Of a stretch of 64,000 nucleotides of DNA, positions 36,318-46,819 are shown in pieces (the stretch's first letter is position 1; every line of letters begins with the position of its first letter). The DNA is from Candidatus Shapirobacteria bacterium (GTDB taxonomy: Bacteria; Patescibacteriota; Microgenomatia; UBA12405): contig JBAZWK010000001.1 of assembly GCA_041660365.1 (NCBI GenBank), forward strand, positions 1,524-65,523. The letters run 5' to 3'. Both the position numbers and the translations under genes were made by a program. The notes under the pieces were generated by a model. It was not told the origin of the DNA, made no database searches, and was given only the letters and a program-made list of their open reading frames with translations.

Positions 36318-37183
36318 TAGTTATTTTGATAAATTCTAAGAACGGCCGAACGGGATAAAGGATTTTTTTTAATTTCTTGATGAGTCGGCAGAAATTTTTC
36401 TGATTTTAGATGGTGTTGAACAATAAATTGTTTAATAATCCGATCTTCACCGGAATGAAATGAAATAATAACAACTTTACCCGATTTTTTGGTTATTTTT
36501 AATGAAGCATTGAGAAGTTTTTTTAAATTATCAAATTCATGATTAACGGTAATTCGCAGGGCCAAGAAAATTTTAGTAGAGGGATTTTTTTGAGTAGAAT
36601 AATGTTTTTTTTGATAATAATTTTGGACAATTTGGCTGAGCTCTAAACCATTTTTTATGGGATGATGTTGTCGAGCCTGAATGATTTCATAAACTAATGG
36701 TTTGGCAAGTTTTTCCTGAGCATATTTAGTAAAAATTTCATAAAGTTGATCTTTATCCCAAGTATTAATAATTTCTTCGGCGCTTAGAGTTTGAGTTTTA
36801 GGATTAAGTCGCATATCCAAAGATTTTGGATCATTAAATGAGAATCCCCTATCTGTGCCTGATTGTTGGTTAAGACTTAAGCCTAAATCGACTAGAAGAC
36901 CATCTAAAGGCTGTTTTATTTTTTTGTGCCAAAGAGAATAGATTTGAGAAAAATTGCCTTTAAGGGGATGAAAGTTTGTAGATAAATTTTCGTTCTTTAT
37001 CCTATCTACAGCAATTTTTTGATTTTGTGGATCAAGATCAAGGCCATAGACAGTAGCGCCTTTATTTAAAATTTCCAGAGTATGTCCAGCATGACCTAAA
37101 GTAGCATCTAAAAATGTTTGACCACTTTGAGGGTCGAGAAGTTTAATGACTTCTGATAATAGGACAGGCTGGTGATAATTCAT
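36317..37183 (-). CDS. rsmH: 16S rRNA m4C1402 methyltransferase
   Basis: HQPVLL.E, DATLG.AGH, DLGLS, LDMR, ISFHSGEDR, NP.SRSA.LR. Confidence 0.95.
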   Translation of the reverse strand: MNYHQPVLLSEVIKLLDPQSGQTFLDATLGHAGHTLEILNKGATVYGLDLDPQNQKIAVDRIKNENLSTNFHPLKGNFSQIYSLWHKKIKQPLDGLLVDLGLSLNQQSGTDRGFSFNDPKSLDMRLNPKTQTLSAEEIINTWDKDQLYEIFTKYAQEKLAKPLVYEIIQARQHHPIKNGLELSQIVQNYYQKKHYSTQKNPSTKIFLALRITVNHEFDNLKKLLNASLKITKKSGKVVIISFHSGEDRIIKQFIVQHHLKSEKFLPTHQEIKKNPLSRSAVLRIYQNN

Positions 37184-37797
37184 TAAAGAGAAGAAGAGTT
37201 GGTGACTAAGTAAGAGCCATCATTTTTATAGTCTTTAAGAACCACAAAGTAAGTGCTGCTGGGTATGGATTTGGGAACAGAACTAAAGTTTTGATCAGTC
37301 CAAACTAATTTACCCGCTTTTTTAACTTCGGCGGAACTTTTGAGAGTAAAAGGAGTGTCAAAAGTGGAAATCTGGCCATTTTGGGTGGTAAAAGTTAAAT
37401 TTAAATTACCACCGGTGACGCCATTGTCGTAACTGTATTTACAGCCAGAGGTACAACTTTCAGTACCTAAAAGAATTTTTCTATCGGTTTTTGTAGCAGC
37501 TAAATCGGTGGCTTCAATGTTTCCAGAGGCTCCTTTTTCAATTTCTAAACCATTAGTGGCGGCAGTATAAGTGAGTTCGTATTCTATTTTGGTAATATTT
37601 TTCGAAATTGACCCTATTCTTAGAGTTAATTCGTGGCCGTCATTTCGGGAAAGAAGAGAAATTGTGGGACGGTCGGCGACAGCCATTTCTACTAGTCTAG
37701 GGGTGGGGGTGGGAGAAGTGGTGGCTGTGGGAGTATTTTTACCACAAGCGGAAAGAATTAAAACGGAAATAAGAATTAGACCAAGATATTTTTTCAT
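37183..37797 (-). CDS. Putative lipoprotein
   Basis: Lipobox LSAC followed by a P/T linker. Confidence 0.75.
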   Translation of the reverse strand: MKKYLGLILISVLILSACGKNTPTATTSPTPTPRLVEMAVADRPTISLLSRNDGHELTLRIGSISKNITKIEYELTYTAATNGLEIEKGASGNIEATDLAATKTDRKILLGTESCTSGCKYSYDNGVTGGNLNLTFTTQNGQISTFDTPFTLKSSAEVKKAGKLVWTDQNFSSVPKSIPSSTYFVVLKDYKNDGSYLVTNSSSL

Positions 37798-37800
37798 AGG

Positions 37801-39117
37801 TTAATTTAACTGCTTTTTGAGCCAGGTGTCAATTTCGTCGATATTTATTCTAATTTGAGACATAGTATCCCGATCGCGAATAGAGACAGTGTGGTCTTCT
37901 AAAGTTTGATAATCAATAACAGCACACCAAGGAGTGCCAATTTCGTCCTGACGACGATATTTTTTACCAATATTACTGCTGTCGTCAAAATCAACGGAAT
38001 AATTTTGTGATAGGTCGGTGTAAAGTTTTTGAGCTTTTTCAACGAGTTCTGGTTTATTAGCTGCTAAGGGAAAAATAGCCAATTTATAGGCAGAAACCTT
38101 TGGATTGATTTTTAAATAAGTTCTAATTTCACCATTGTCTAATTTTTGTTCCTGATAAGCGTCAAGCAATAAAAAGAAAAAAGAACGGTCAACTCCACCA
38201 GAAGCCTCGACGATATGAGGTAAATATTTTTCATGAGTGACTGGATCTAAATAACTAAGATCCTGACCACTAAATTTGGAATGTTGGGTTAAATCATAGT
38301 TACCACGCCAATGAATGCCTTCCATTTCCGCCCATCCCCAGGGAGCATTATATTCAATATCAAAGGCTTTTTTGGCATAAAAAGCGAGTTCGTCTGGTTC
38401 ATGTTGGCGAAATCTTAAGGAATCTTTTTGGTTAAATAAATTTTGATACCAGGTCATACGCTGTGCTTTCCAATATTCATAGAATTTATCCATATCGGCT
38501 TCTTGGCAAAAATATTGGATATCCCATTGTTCAAATTCTCGGGTACGATAGAGAAAATTTTTGGGAGTGATTTCATTTCGAAAGGCTTTTCCAATTTGAG
38601 CAATACCAAAAGGAATTTTGACACGGCAGGAATTAACCACATTTTGAAAATCTAAATAGATAGTTTGACAGGCTTCACCACGAAGATAAGTTTTTATTTT
38701 TTCACCTTCAATAACCCCAATACTAGTTTCCATAAGGGTATTAAATTTTTTGGCTTGAGTGAATTCTCCCCCACAATCAGGACAAATTTTAGCATTATCG
38801 ATTAAATCGGGACGAAAACGGTGGTGACATTTTTTACATTCCACCATAAGATCACCAAAATTTTGGATATGACCGGAGGCTTCCCAAACTTTAGGGTGAG
38901 TAATTATGGTCCCATCAATCAAAACAAGATCAGAACGCTGCTGGACATTGTGTTTCAACCATAAAGATTTCCAGTTGTTTTTCATTAAAGAACCGATGGG
39001 GCCGTAATCATAAAAACCTTGGATACCACCGTAGATTTCACTGTTTTGAAATATTATCCCTCGACGTTTACAAAGGGAGACAATCTTAGCGACTTGATCA
39101 TTTTGCTCATTACTCAT
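37801..39117 (-). CDS. glyQS: Glycine--tRNA ligase (homodimeric GlyQS type)
   Basis: SEIYGG, WEASGH, QIGKAFRNEI, RTREFEQ, IGKKYRRQDEIGTP. Confidence 0.95.
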   Translation of the reverse strand: MSNEQNDQVAKIVSLCKRRGIIFQNSEIYGGIQGFYDYGPIGSLMKNNWKSLWLKHNVQQRSDLVLIDGTIITHPKVWEASGHIQNFGDLMVECKKCHHRFRPDLIDNAKICPDCGGEFTQAKKFNTLMETSIGVIEGEKIKTYLRGEACQTIYLDFQNVVNSCRVKIPFGIAQIGKAFRNEITPKNFLYRTREFEQWDIQYFCQEADMDKFYEYWKAQRMTWYQNLFNQKDSLRFRQHEPDELAFYAKKAFDIEYNAPWGWAEMEGIHWRGNYDLTQHSKFSGQDLSYLDPVTHEKYLPHIVEASGGVDRSFFFLLLDAYQEQKLDNGEIRTYLKINPKVSAYKLAIFPLAANKPELVEKAQKLYTDLSQNYSVDFDDSSNIGKKYRRQDEIGTPWCAVIDYQTLEDHTVSIRDRDTMSQIRINIDEIDTWLKKQLN

Positions 39118-39133
39118 GTGTGTATTATAAACG

Positions 39134-40516
39134 TTAATTTATAGTTCTGGAAATTTTATATACAAACCAGTCTGAACGGTTTATCTTGATAGTATCTGAA
39201 GGTTTTAGATTACGAAAGTTATCGAGTTCGTAAGCCGGATCTTTTGAGAGTTTTTGCCAATCATTTTGATAAGAAATAACGTACAAAGTATCAATTTTTT
39301 TATATTCAGCGGGATCTTTTATGACAATATCTTTTAAAGTTAATTGATCTTTAAAACGAAAACCTTTGGTATTTCCATCTGGACTTTGGAGAACAATTAA
39401 ATTAAACAATGGGTCACTTTTTTGATTTTCGTCAATATAGTTGATAATTTGTTTTTGGGCCTGAATATTACTAGTCCAATCTGATGAATTTAAAATGGTA
39501 GGAATATTTAAAAGATTAAAAACAATTAATAGGAGAGTTAATAATTTGATTAAAAGATATTTTTGATTTTTATATAACCAAAATAAGTAAAAAATAGTGA
39601 CTGGTAGGATATAGTGACCACTAAATCGGCTATGTGCTAAAGAGAGGCCGACTATTTGAAAAATAAACGGTAGTATCCAGAGGTTATTTTTGTTTCGATA
39701 AATAATGAGACTAGTTAATGTCAGAATAAAAGCAATATAGCCAAAAACTATTTGATTTCCAGAGAAATAGGTAAAAAGATTAGTGGTAAGAAGCCAAAGA
39801 TTTTGCAAAAAGGAGATTTGGTGGGTATTGGTGTAGAGCTGACTAAAAGAAAGCATTCTGGTTATAAATAATCCGGGAGGATGGGTTAAATCAAACAAAA
39901 TGAAAGGAGTAATGCTTAGGAATAAACCGAGCGAATATTGCCAACTGTCTTTAAATTTTCTATTAAGAAAAAATATTATTGGAATAATGGCTAGTGTAGT
40001 AAAAACGGCAAACCAGTGAAGATGAATAGTTAAGCCCATTAGAATACCGGTGATAATATATTTATAAGGTAACTTAGAAAAAAGAATTAAGAGAGATAGG
40101 GCTTGAAAAAATGGAATAAGGTGAGGACTCCAAGCCCAGCGGGAGGAGACCAATAGAGGAGTAAAGATAACTGTTAATATAAAAATTGGATAAGACCAAT
40201 GAATTTTTTTTAGAATTAAAGCAAAAAGTATAAGAGTCAGAAGGCCGTAAAAGACAGTGCTATAGGCGGTAACCATGGGGTCATAACCAAAGATAATACA
40301 AAATGGCAAAAATAAATAATAAGGCAGGGAACTAAAAACTTCGATACCGTTTTCATCTGTTGGACCAATTAAAGTAATTTTTTTGTTTTGATAAATATTT
40401 TTAATACTGACGAGAACACTGGATTCATCGCGTGTAAAACGGGAACTATATTGAAGATTGTATAAGCGAAAAAATATCGCCAGAGCGATTAGTAATATAA
40501 TAATTATTTTTTTCAT
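39134..40516 (-). CDS. ArnT/PMT-like (GT-C) membrane glycosyltransferase
   Basis: RLYNL...RDE, SRWAWSPH, many TM helices. Confidence 0.7.
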   Translation of the reverse strand: MKKIIIILLIALAIFFRLYNLQYSSRFTRDESSVLVSIKNIYQNKKITLIGPTDENGIEVFSSLPYYLFLPFCIIFGYDPMVTAYSTVFYGLLTLILFALILKKIHWSYPIFILTVIFTPLLVSSRWAWSPHLIPFFQALSLLILFSKLPYKYIITGILMGLTIHLHWFAVFTTLAIIPIIFFLNRKFKDSWQYSLGLFLSITPFILFDLTHPPGLFITRMLSFSQLYTNTHQISFLQNLWLLTTNLFTYFSGNQIVFGYIAFILTLTSLIIYRNKNNLWILPFIFQIVGLSLAHSRFSGHYILPVTIFYLFWLYKNQKYLLIKLLTLLLIVFNLLNIPTILNSSDWTSNIQAQKQIINYIDENQKSDPLFNLIVLQSPDGNTKGFRFKDQLTLKDIVIKDPAEYKKIDTLYVISYQNDWQKLSKDPAYELDNFRNLKPSDTIKINRSDWFVYKISRTIN

Positions 40517-41073
40517 TTAAATAGTTTACTGCTAATAAGTGGTTTTTCGATAATGGATTCACAATATTTTTTAAGAAGTTGTTGAGTATTTTTATAATCT
40601 TGTTCTTGGTAAATATTTTTTATTTCAGTGGGAATGCCATAACCCAATAATTCCAAAAACAAAATTTCATTTTTAATAAATATATTGAACTGGTCCTGAC
40701 TAATGGATTCGATAATTTTAGCTAAAATTGGGTAAATTTCTGGGAGATTTTGATTGAAGGGTAAAAGAAGGTTGGCTATTTCTAAAAAATAAAACAGTAA
40801 ATTAATCTGGCCAAGCTTTTGGGAATGATAAAGAAAGGACAGTTCCGATTCCGATTCAGAGAGCCAAAGAAAATTATTTTTTTGATAAAGACCAACCTTA
40901 ATGATGTTGCCTATTTCTAAATGACCAAGACGGCGGCTTTTAACGGACTGAACGCTTTTTGCTAAACAGTTTATTTTGCCTAAGTTTGGGGTAAATAATG
41001 TTAAAAGTAAATCCCCTTCTCCACGACGTTGTTTTTTGATAACAATGGCATGTGTGGAAATATTTCGGTCCAT
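40513..41073 (-). CDS. recO: DNA repair protein RecO
   Basis: AIVIK...GEGD..LTLFT...GKI..LAK....KSRR. Confidence 0.85.
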   Translation of the reverse strand: MDRNISTHAIVIKKQRRGEGDLLLTLFTPNLGKINCLAKSVQSVKSRRLGHLEIGNIIKVGLYQKNNFLWLSESESELSFLYHSQKLGQINLLFYFLEIANLLLPFNQNLPEIYPILAKIIESISQDQFNIFIKNEILFLELLGYGIPTEIKNIYQEQDYKNTQQLLKKYCESIIEKPLISSKLFK

Positions 41074-43016
41074 TAGAGAGAGAGTTTGATGGTTTTATCG
41101 GCTACCCAAGAGAAAGTATCAACTTTTTGGCCGTTGACATAGATATCGTAATTAATGGCTTTGGTGCCGGGTTGTTTTTGTAAATAAAGAGTATAGTTAC
41201 TGCTGGCTTTAACAGATGAAGTATATTGGACGGTGATAATATTGCTTGACATAGCATAAAGCGGATATTTGTTGCCGTAAAAGCCTTCAAAAACTTGTTT
41301 GCCTAATTCCTCGTAGAGAACTGGCTCGACTTCAGAGCCGGTCATTTTGATTAGTTTGCTACCAATTGGAACATAAAATCTGAACATATCTCGATAGGTG
41401 GGAGCGTTAAGACAAAGGTCACCTTTTTCCAAATTACAATTAGAGGCTTTGGCGGGATTGGTGTAAGTTAGAGTGATTTTATGATTAACTAAGCCGTTAC
41501 TGGTAGTAATTTCATCTTTAATTTTTTGGGTAATAAAGATATTACTTTTGGCACTGGCAAAATTAGCGTCGTTGAGGTGGAAATAATCAGTGTTGGCATC
41601 AGTGGCGACAATTTGGCCGGCAATATTGACTGATTCAGCTGCCTTTTGAATTTCTGTATTATTGGGAAAATAGAATAAAATGTGTTTTTGGTTAATATTT
41701 TTAAATAAAGCTTGGGCTAATGGGGCAATTTTATCTTTTTCAGAACCCATAGCATTGGCTAATAGTGCCTGCATTAATGGTCCCATAAATCCTTTCCGAT
41801 TGGTTTCGATGTAATTTCTGGGACGGCCGGCGATATATTCAAGAGCGTAAATAATTTGGGGACAGCCGTCACAACGGGAATCGGGAGCGGCAGTAAAGGT
41901 ACCAACAGTAGTATCTAATTTACCTAAAACACTAACCATATCGACCAAAACTTGGGTATCAATAGCTACTACGGCATCGAACTGAGTTTTTTTGCCCATA
42001 GCTTTATAGTAACTATCCAAAAATATTTGGGCATCAGTAGGAAAATCAGGCGATAAATTACTGTCACGAAGGTTAAGATAAGGAACGTTAATGTGATAGG
42101 ACTTAATAATTCGGGGAGCTGGGGTAGTGCTCGAGAGTTTATCGTCAAGGTCATAAATATTGCTGGCAGTGCCGGGAGTAATTTTACCGTTGGTAACTTT
42201 TATGGAAGAATAAGCAGTCCAAAAGCCACCACTGGGACGGAGTTCGCCGTCATTTTGAAAGATCATTAAGTAATTTCGGGAACTATCTTTACCGAGTAAC
42301 CAAGAGATGTTGGTTAAAATTGGTTTACCTTCACTTAAAATTTTATTGGCTTGACTGATAGTCTCTTTGACCTGATTAAAATCTTGATGAATGGCGATAT
42401 TTTTGTAAGTAGCCGGATAACGATTAATATCAATTTTATTGATTAATGAATCAATTTCAATAATTTTATTTTCAATAGAGTCCAGATGAGGCAATAAACT
42501 TCCTACCGATTCGGTCAAAAAAGAAATCCGATCTTCAGTGGTTTTGGCGCTGCTAACCCCCGAGCCTTTAAGACCGAGAAAATCTTGATATGGCTCAATA
42601 GCTTGAATTACAATATCTCCAGTATCTAGGGCGTTTTGACTAATTTTAATCAAATTTTGGCCGTCAGAATAGTAGTTTTTAGCAATAGGGATAATTTTTA
42701 GATAGGATAATTTTTGGAATTTATTATTAATAAGAGTTAACTGTTGACGTAAATTTCCGAGTGTAGTTTTGCTTTGATTTAAATCCTTGTCAGAAATAGA
42801 CTGTTTTAAGGTTTGAACAGTGATTTTGGCAGTATTAATTTGATTGAGTAAATCTTTTCCGGGTAAATAGAGACCGAAAAAGAGAAAAATTAATATTAAA
42901 ACAATAATACTAATTATTACCGATAATACGGTAATAATCTTTTTATGAAATTTCTTTTTTGGAGTTTTTTTAATCGAAACAGAGGTGTTTTTAATCAAGG
43001 TAGCAGGAATTTCCAT
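41073..43016 (-). CDS. DUF4012-like membrane-anchored protein
   Basis: YL..FQN..ELRPSGGF, LRDSN.SPDFP motifs. Confidence 0.8.
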   Translation of the reverse strand: MEIPATLIKNTSVSIKKTPKKKFHKKIITVLSVIISIIVLILIFLFFGLYLPGKDLLNQINTAKITVQTLKQSISDKDLNQSKTTLGNLRQQLTLINNKFQKLSYLKIIPIAKNYYSDGQNLIKISQNALDTGDIVIQAIEPYQDFLGLKGSGVSSAKTTEDRISFLTESVGSLLPHLDSIENKIIEIDSLINKIDINRYPATYKNIAIHQDFNQVKETISQANKILSEGKPILTNISWLLGKDSSRNYLMIFQNDGELRPSGGFWTAYSSIKVTNGKITPGTASNIYDLDDKLSSTTPAPRIIKSYHINVPYLNLRDSNLSPDFPTDAQIFLDSYYKAMGKKTQFDAVVAIDTQVLVDMVSVLGKLDTTVGTFTAAPDSRCDGCPQIIYALEYIAGRPRNYIETNRKGFMGPLMQALLANAMGSEKDKIAPLAQALFKNINQKHILFYFPNNTEIQKAAESVNIAGQIVATDANTDYFHLNDANFASAKSNIFITQKIKDEITTSNGLVNHKITLTYTNPAKASNCNLEKGDLCLNAPTYRDMFRFYVPIGSKLIKMTGSEVEPVLYEELGKQVFEGFYGNKYPLYAMSSNIITVQYTSSVKASSNYTLYLQKQPGTKAINYDIYVNGQKVDTFSWVADKTIKLSL

Positions 43017-43034
43017 AATTAAAGTTTAGCATGT

Positions 43035-43721
43035 TTACCAATTAGAAAACATGGCAGCTGGGGTTTTGAAAATAATGGCAATTTCTTGACGAAGCGAGCG
43101 ATTTTTAATATAGACAGCATCCATCTTGGCTCTTTTTTCAAAAGGGAGGTTGTTACGTCCTGAAACTTGCCAGAGACCGGTGATGCCGGGTTTGGCGGTT
43201 CGAATAATATCAATGTATTTTTTTGTTTTAGGGTATTTTTGAGCATATTCATTTAACTCTTCATCGCGATAGGCTCGAGGGCCAACTAAACTCATTTCCC
43301 CTTTTAAAACATTGATAAACTGGGGCATTTCATCAATAGAGGTGGCACGAATAAATTTACCAATTTTGGTAATGCGGGGATCCTCAGAGGCGGAGAGCTT
43401 CCAGTCATTAGCTTTATATTTTTCCCAAAGTTCTGGATAGTTTTCTCTTAAAAATTTATCATTGTCACCACAACGCATAGAGCGAAATTTATACATGAAG
43501 AACTCACGATCTTGACCAACCCTTTTTTGTTTAAAAATAATTGGACCGAAAGAAGTTATTTTGATAAGGAGGGAAACAATTAAAAGAATTGGTGAGAAGG
43601 CAATTAACAAAAGAGCGGAGGCAAAAATATCAATAGTTCTTTTAACGGGAGCAAATAAAAAAACTCTTAGGTTGTAAAAAGGTAAATCTCTTCTAGTCAT
43701 TTTTTGAACATAGAGTGTCAA
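43035..43721 (-). CDS. Polyprenyl-phosphate sugar phosphotransferase (priming glycosyltransferase)
   Basis: KRTIDI, YKFRSM, DPRITKIGKFIR.TSIDE.PQ, PGITGLWQVSGR. Confidence 0.92.
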   Translation of the reverse strand: MTLYVQKMTRRDLPFYNLRVFLFAPVKRTIDIFASALLLIAFSPILLIVSLLIKITSFGPIIFKQKRVGQDREFFMYKFRSMRCGDNDKFLRENYPELWEKYKANDWKLSASEDPRITKIGKFIRATSIDEMPQFINVLKGEMSLVGPRAYRDEELNEYAQKYPKTKKYIDIIRTAKPGITGLWQVSGRNNLPFEKRAKMDAVYIKNRSLRQEIAIIFKTPAAMFSNW

Positions 43722-44736
43722 CTTGTTGCTTAAAGTTTAACATAAAGTTTTTATGGTCAAAGCGGGAAGCTTGTAACTGACAACCACGGCTGTTTGGGGT
43801 ATGTTTAAGATATTCATTTAAAGCCTTAAATAAGGAATTTTCATTTAATTCAGAAAAGAAAATGCCAGTTTTATGGTCGATAATTGTTTCTAATGCTCCG
43901 CCTTTTTGATAGGCTACCACTCCTCGACCACAAGCTTGAACTTCAAGGGCACTAAGACCAAAATCTTCTTCTTGAGGATGAATTAAACCGAGGCAGTTTT
44001 GATAAAGAGAAACTAATTGATGATCATCAATATTTCCTAAAAATTCGATATTTTTATTATTTTTGGCTAAAGATTTTAAATAGTTTTGGTCTCGACCGAC
44101 GCCAACAATCTTAAGGAAATAAGGAAAATCGCGAAAAGTTTTAATAACTAAGTCAATATTTTTATGAGCGACTAAACGGGAGACAATTAAAAAATAATTT
44201 TTTGGTTTTTGCTGGTTAGGGAAGAACTTTTTAGTATCAATTCCAGGGTAGATGACAGTGGTGGGACGTTGATAATTAGCCTGAATACGTTTGGCAACAT
44301 TTTGTGAATTACAAAAAATATAATCGGGACGAGAGGCATAAATTTTATCTATTTTTTGATATTTTTTTAAAAGTGGCCTAAGTATAAGTGGCGGATTTTG
44401 ATAGAGGTAACGATTAATATTGTGGTAATAGCAAATAAATAAAGTTTGGGGAAGGGTAAGAAAACAGTGACCGATGGTGGAGGTAGTGGAGATTAAAAGA
44501 TCATATGAAGAAAAATCAACTTGCTCCATTTTATAGGCATAAAATGGAGTGTATAGAAGTTTATTTTTTAAATTTAGGGAAATAATTTTGTGGCCTTTTG
44601 GCAACCAAGAGGTTTTTTGAGGGTCATAAATGAGAGTATAAATATCGGCTTGAGGATAGATTTCTAAAAGATCGAGAAGAACTCTTTCGGCACCACCCCA
44701 TTGATTGAGCCAATCATAAAAGATTGCAATTTTCAA
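43693..44736 (-). CDS. GT4 glycosyltransferase
   Basis: GGAERV, EDFGLSALE. Confidence 0.9.
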   Translation of the reverse strand: MKIAIFYDWLNQWGGAERVLLDLLEIYPQADIYTLIYDPQKTSWLPKGHKIISLNLKNKLLYTPFYAYKMEQVDFSSYDLLISTTSTIGHCFLTLPQTLFICYYHNINRYLYQNPPLILRPLLKKYQKIDKIYASRPDYIFCNSQNVAKRIQANYQRPTTVIYPGIDTKKFFPNQQKPKNYFLIVSRLVAHKNIDLVIKTFRDFPYFLKIVGVGRDQNYLKSLAKNNKNIEFLGNIDDHQLVSLYQNCLGLIHPQEEDFGLSALEVQACGRGVVAYQKGGALETIIDHKTGIFFSELNENSLFKALNEYLKHTPNSRGCQLQASRFDHKNFMLNFKQQVDTLCSKND

Positions 44737-44762
44737 TTACGAATTACGAATTACGAATTAAG
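44735..44762. repeat. Heptamer tandem repeat (AATTACG)3-AATTAAG
   Basis: Read directly; spans the stop of one GT4 and the start of the next. Confidence 0.8.
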
Positions 44763-45869
44763 TAATTCTTGATAAAAATTTAATGTTTGAATAGCGGTTT
44801 TAGACCAAGAATATTTGGTGACTTGTTGATGACCTAACTTTAATAATTTATTTCTGAGTGTTGGAGATTTTTGTAATAATTTAATTTGCTTGATTAAGTC
44901 GTCCGGGTTGTGGGGATTAAAATAGAGAACTGAGTTTTCATAAATTTCCGGAAGACAGCTGGAATTAGCAGCAATAACTGGACAGTTTAGAGCCATAGCT
45001 TCTAAGCCGGTTAAGCTGAAACCTTCTAGAAATGAGGGGTGAACTAAAGCCAAAGCTCGTTGATAAATTTGTTGGAATTTATTGTCTGGCAAATAACCTA
45101 AAAATTCAACTTGTTTTTCCAAGTGATTTAACCTAACTAATTTAACAATTCTTTGAGTAAAAACAGAACGGGCGCAAATAATTTTTAGTTTTAACTTAGG
45201 CAATTTTTTTAAGGCTTCAAAAACAACTTCAATATTTTTATGGGGGTAAAGGTTGCCGGTGTAAATAAGATAGTCAGAGATTCTAGGTTCTGGATTCGAG
45301 AGACGAGAAGATTTTTGGAGAAATTCAGGATCAACGGCTTCGTAAGTAGTAATAATTTTTTGAGAATTAAAATGGTATTTTTCTATGATGTAGTCACGCC
45401 AAAAATTACTGGGGACAATGATAAAACTAGTGTTAAAAATAAAACGGGTCATTAATAAATAACCCCAGTATTTAGGCCAATAAAAAAGAGAATTTCTGGT
45501 CGAGGTAGCTGGTCCTTTGGAAAAATGGCGGATTAAATCATGAACAGTGACGACTGATTTACCACCATAAAAGATGGGTTTATCTAGATGGGTAAAGTGA
45601 ACTAAATCGGGTTTTAAACTTCTTAAAAGAAAGGGTAAGAGTAATTGTTCCTGAATGGAATAATGTCTAAACTTTGTGGTTACGTAGGTAAAATTATTTC
45701 CTAAATCATTTTTTACTTCTGGCAATAATTCTGAATAAACTAAAAGAGTAAAATGATATTTTTTAAAATCAGACTGATCTTTTAGGGCGATTAAAAGATT
45801 TTTGGTATAACGGCCAAGACCGGTGTGTTTGGGACCATAAAGACGAGCATCAATAACAATATGCATCAT
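44751..45869 (-). CDS. GT4 glycosyltransferase
   Basis: TGLGRY, TVHDL, EGFSL.GLEAM. Confidence 0.9.
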   Translation of the reverse strand: MMHIVIDARLYGPKHTGLGRYTKNLLIALKDQSDFKKYHFTLLVYSELLPEVKNDLGNNFTYVTTKFRHYSIQEQLLLPFLLRSLKPDLVHFTHLDKPIFYGGKSVVTVHDLIRHFSKGPATSTRNSLFYWPKYWGYLLMTRFIFNTSFIIVPSNFWRDYIIEKYHFNSQKIITTYEAVDPEFLQKSSRLSNPEPRISDYLIYTGNLYPHKNIEVVFEALKKLPKLKLKIICARSVFTQRIVKLVRLNHLEKQVEFLGYLPDNKFQQIYQRALALVHPSFLEGFSLTGLEAMALNCPVIAANSSCLPEIYENSVLYFNPHNPDDLIKQIKLLQKSPTLRNKLLKLGHQQVTKYSWSKTAIQTLNFYQELLNS

Positions 45870-46819
45870 AGATGTTTGACCTTGAAGATACGATATTTTT
45901 CTAAAAGATTAATACCCAGCCAAACTATTTGTTGAAGAATTGGTGGATAACTTTTAATTAAATTTTCGCGGTAGAAAATGCGCATGGCGTTAGTAGTGGC
46001 CATGGCACTTCTGACTTTAGTTTCTATGGATTTGGTAGCAATATTCTGGGTGTGTTTAATAATTCCCGAGGAAACTCCTTGGTAGTGATAGGCTTTGCAG
46101 CCAGGATAAAAATAAAGGCTGTAACCTTTTTGTTTTATTTGCCAACAAAGATCAATATCTTCGCCGTACATAAAATATTTTTCATTCCACCAATTAATAT
46201 TTTCACCAACACTTCTTTTGAGCATGACGAAAGCACCGACACAGGCATCAATTTTTTGAACTTTAGAATAATCTAAGTGGCCCATAAAGTAGCCATTTAG
46301 TAATTTAGAGTGAGGAAAAAGTTTAGGCAAACCAAAGCCAAAGAAATGACAAAAAGCATTCCAGGGAGTGGGAAAGCCACGGTGGCATTCGGGTTGAGTT
46401 TTGCCGGTTAATACTAGAATTAAATTACAAGTAGCAGAGTCAACTTCAGAATGGTGTTCAAAAAAATCCAAGATTTTCCGAAAAGTATCTTTTTCAACTG
46501 TGGTATCAGGATTAAGAAATAAAACGTATTTAGACTGGGGATTAGTGGCTTTTAAAGCCTCATTATTGCCGGCAGCAAAACCAATATTGCCAGAATTAGG
46601 ATGAAAGACGAATTTCAATTGAGAACGATTTGATTTGACGGTTTTGGCAAGCTTAAAACTGTCATCTGTAGAAGCATTATCGGCAACAATGATTTCTATA
46701 GAATAATCACCAAGTTGGGATTGTTTGATGCTTTCTAAATTTTTCTTAAGATAATCCTTGGCGTTGTAGTTTAAAACAACTACCGAAAGAATGGGATTAT
46801 TTTTTGGTGATGTTTTCAT
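45866..46819 (-). CDS. GT2 glycosyltransferase
   Basis: DNASTD, GFAAGNN, LNPDT, MYGEDID. Confidence 0.9.
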   Translation of the reverse strand: MKTSPKNNPILSVVVLNYNAKDYLKKNLESIKQSQLGDYSIEIIVADNASTDDSFKLAKTVKSNRSQLKFVFHPNSGNIGFAAGNNEALKATNPQSKYVLFLNPDTTVEKDTFRKILDFFEHHSEVDSATCNLILVLTGKTQPECHRGFPTPWNAFCHFFGFGLPKLFPHSKLLNGYFMGHLDYSKVQKIDACVGAFVMLKRSVGENINWWNEKYFMYGEDIDLCWQIKQKGYSLYFYPGCKAYHYQGVSSGIIKHTQNIATKSIETKVRSAMATTNAMRIFYRENLIKSYPPILQQIVWLGINLLEKYRIFKVKHL

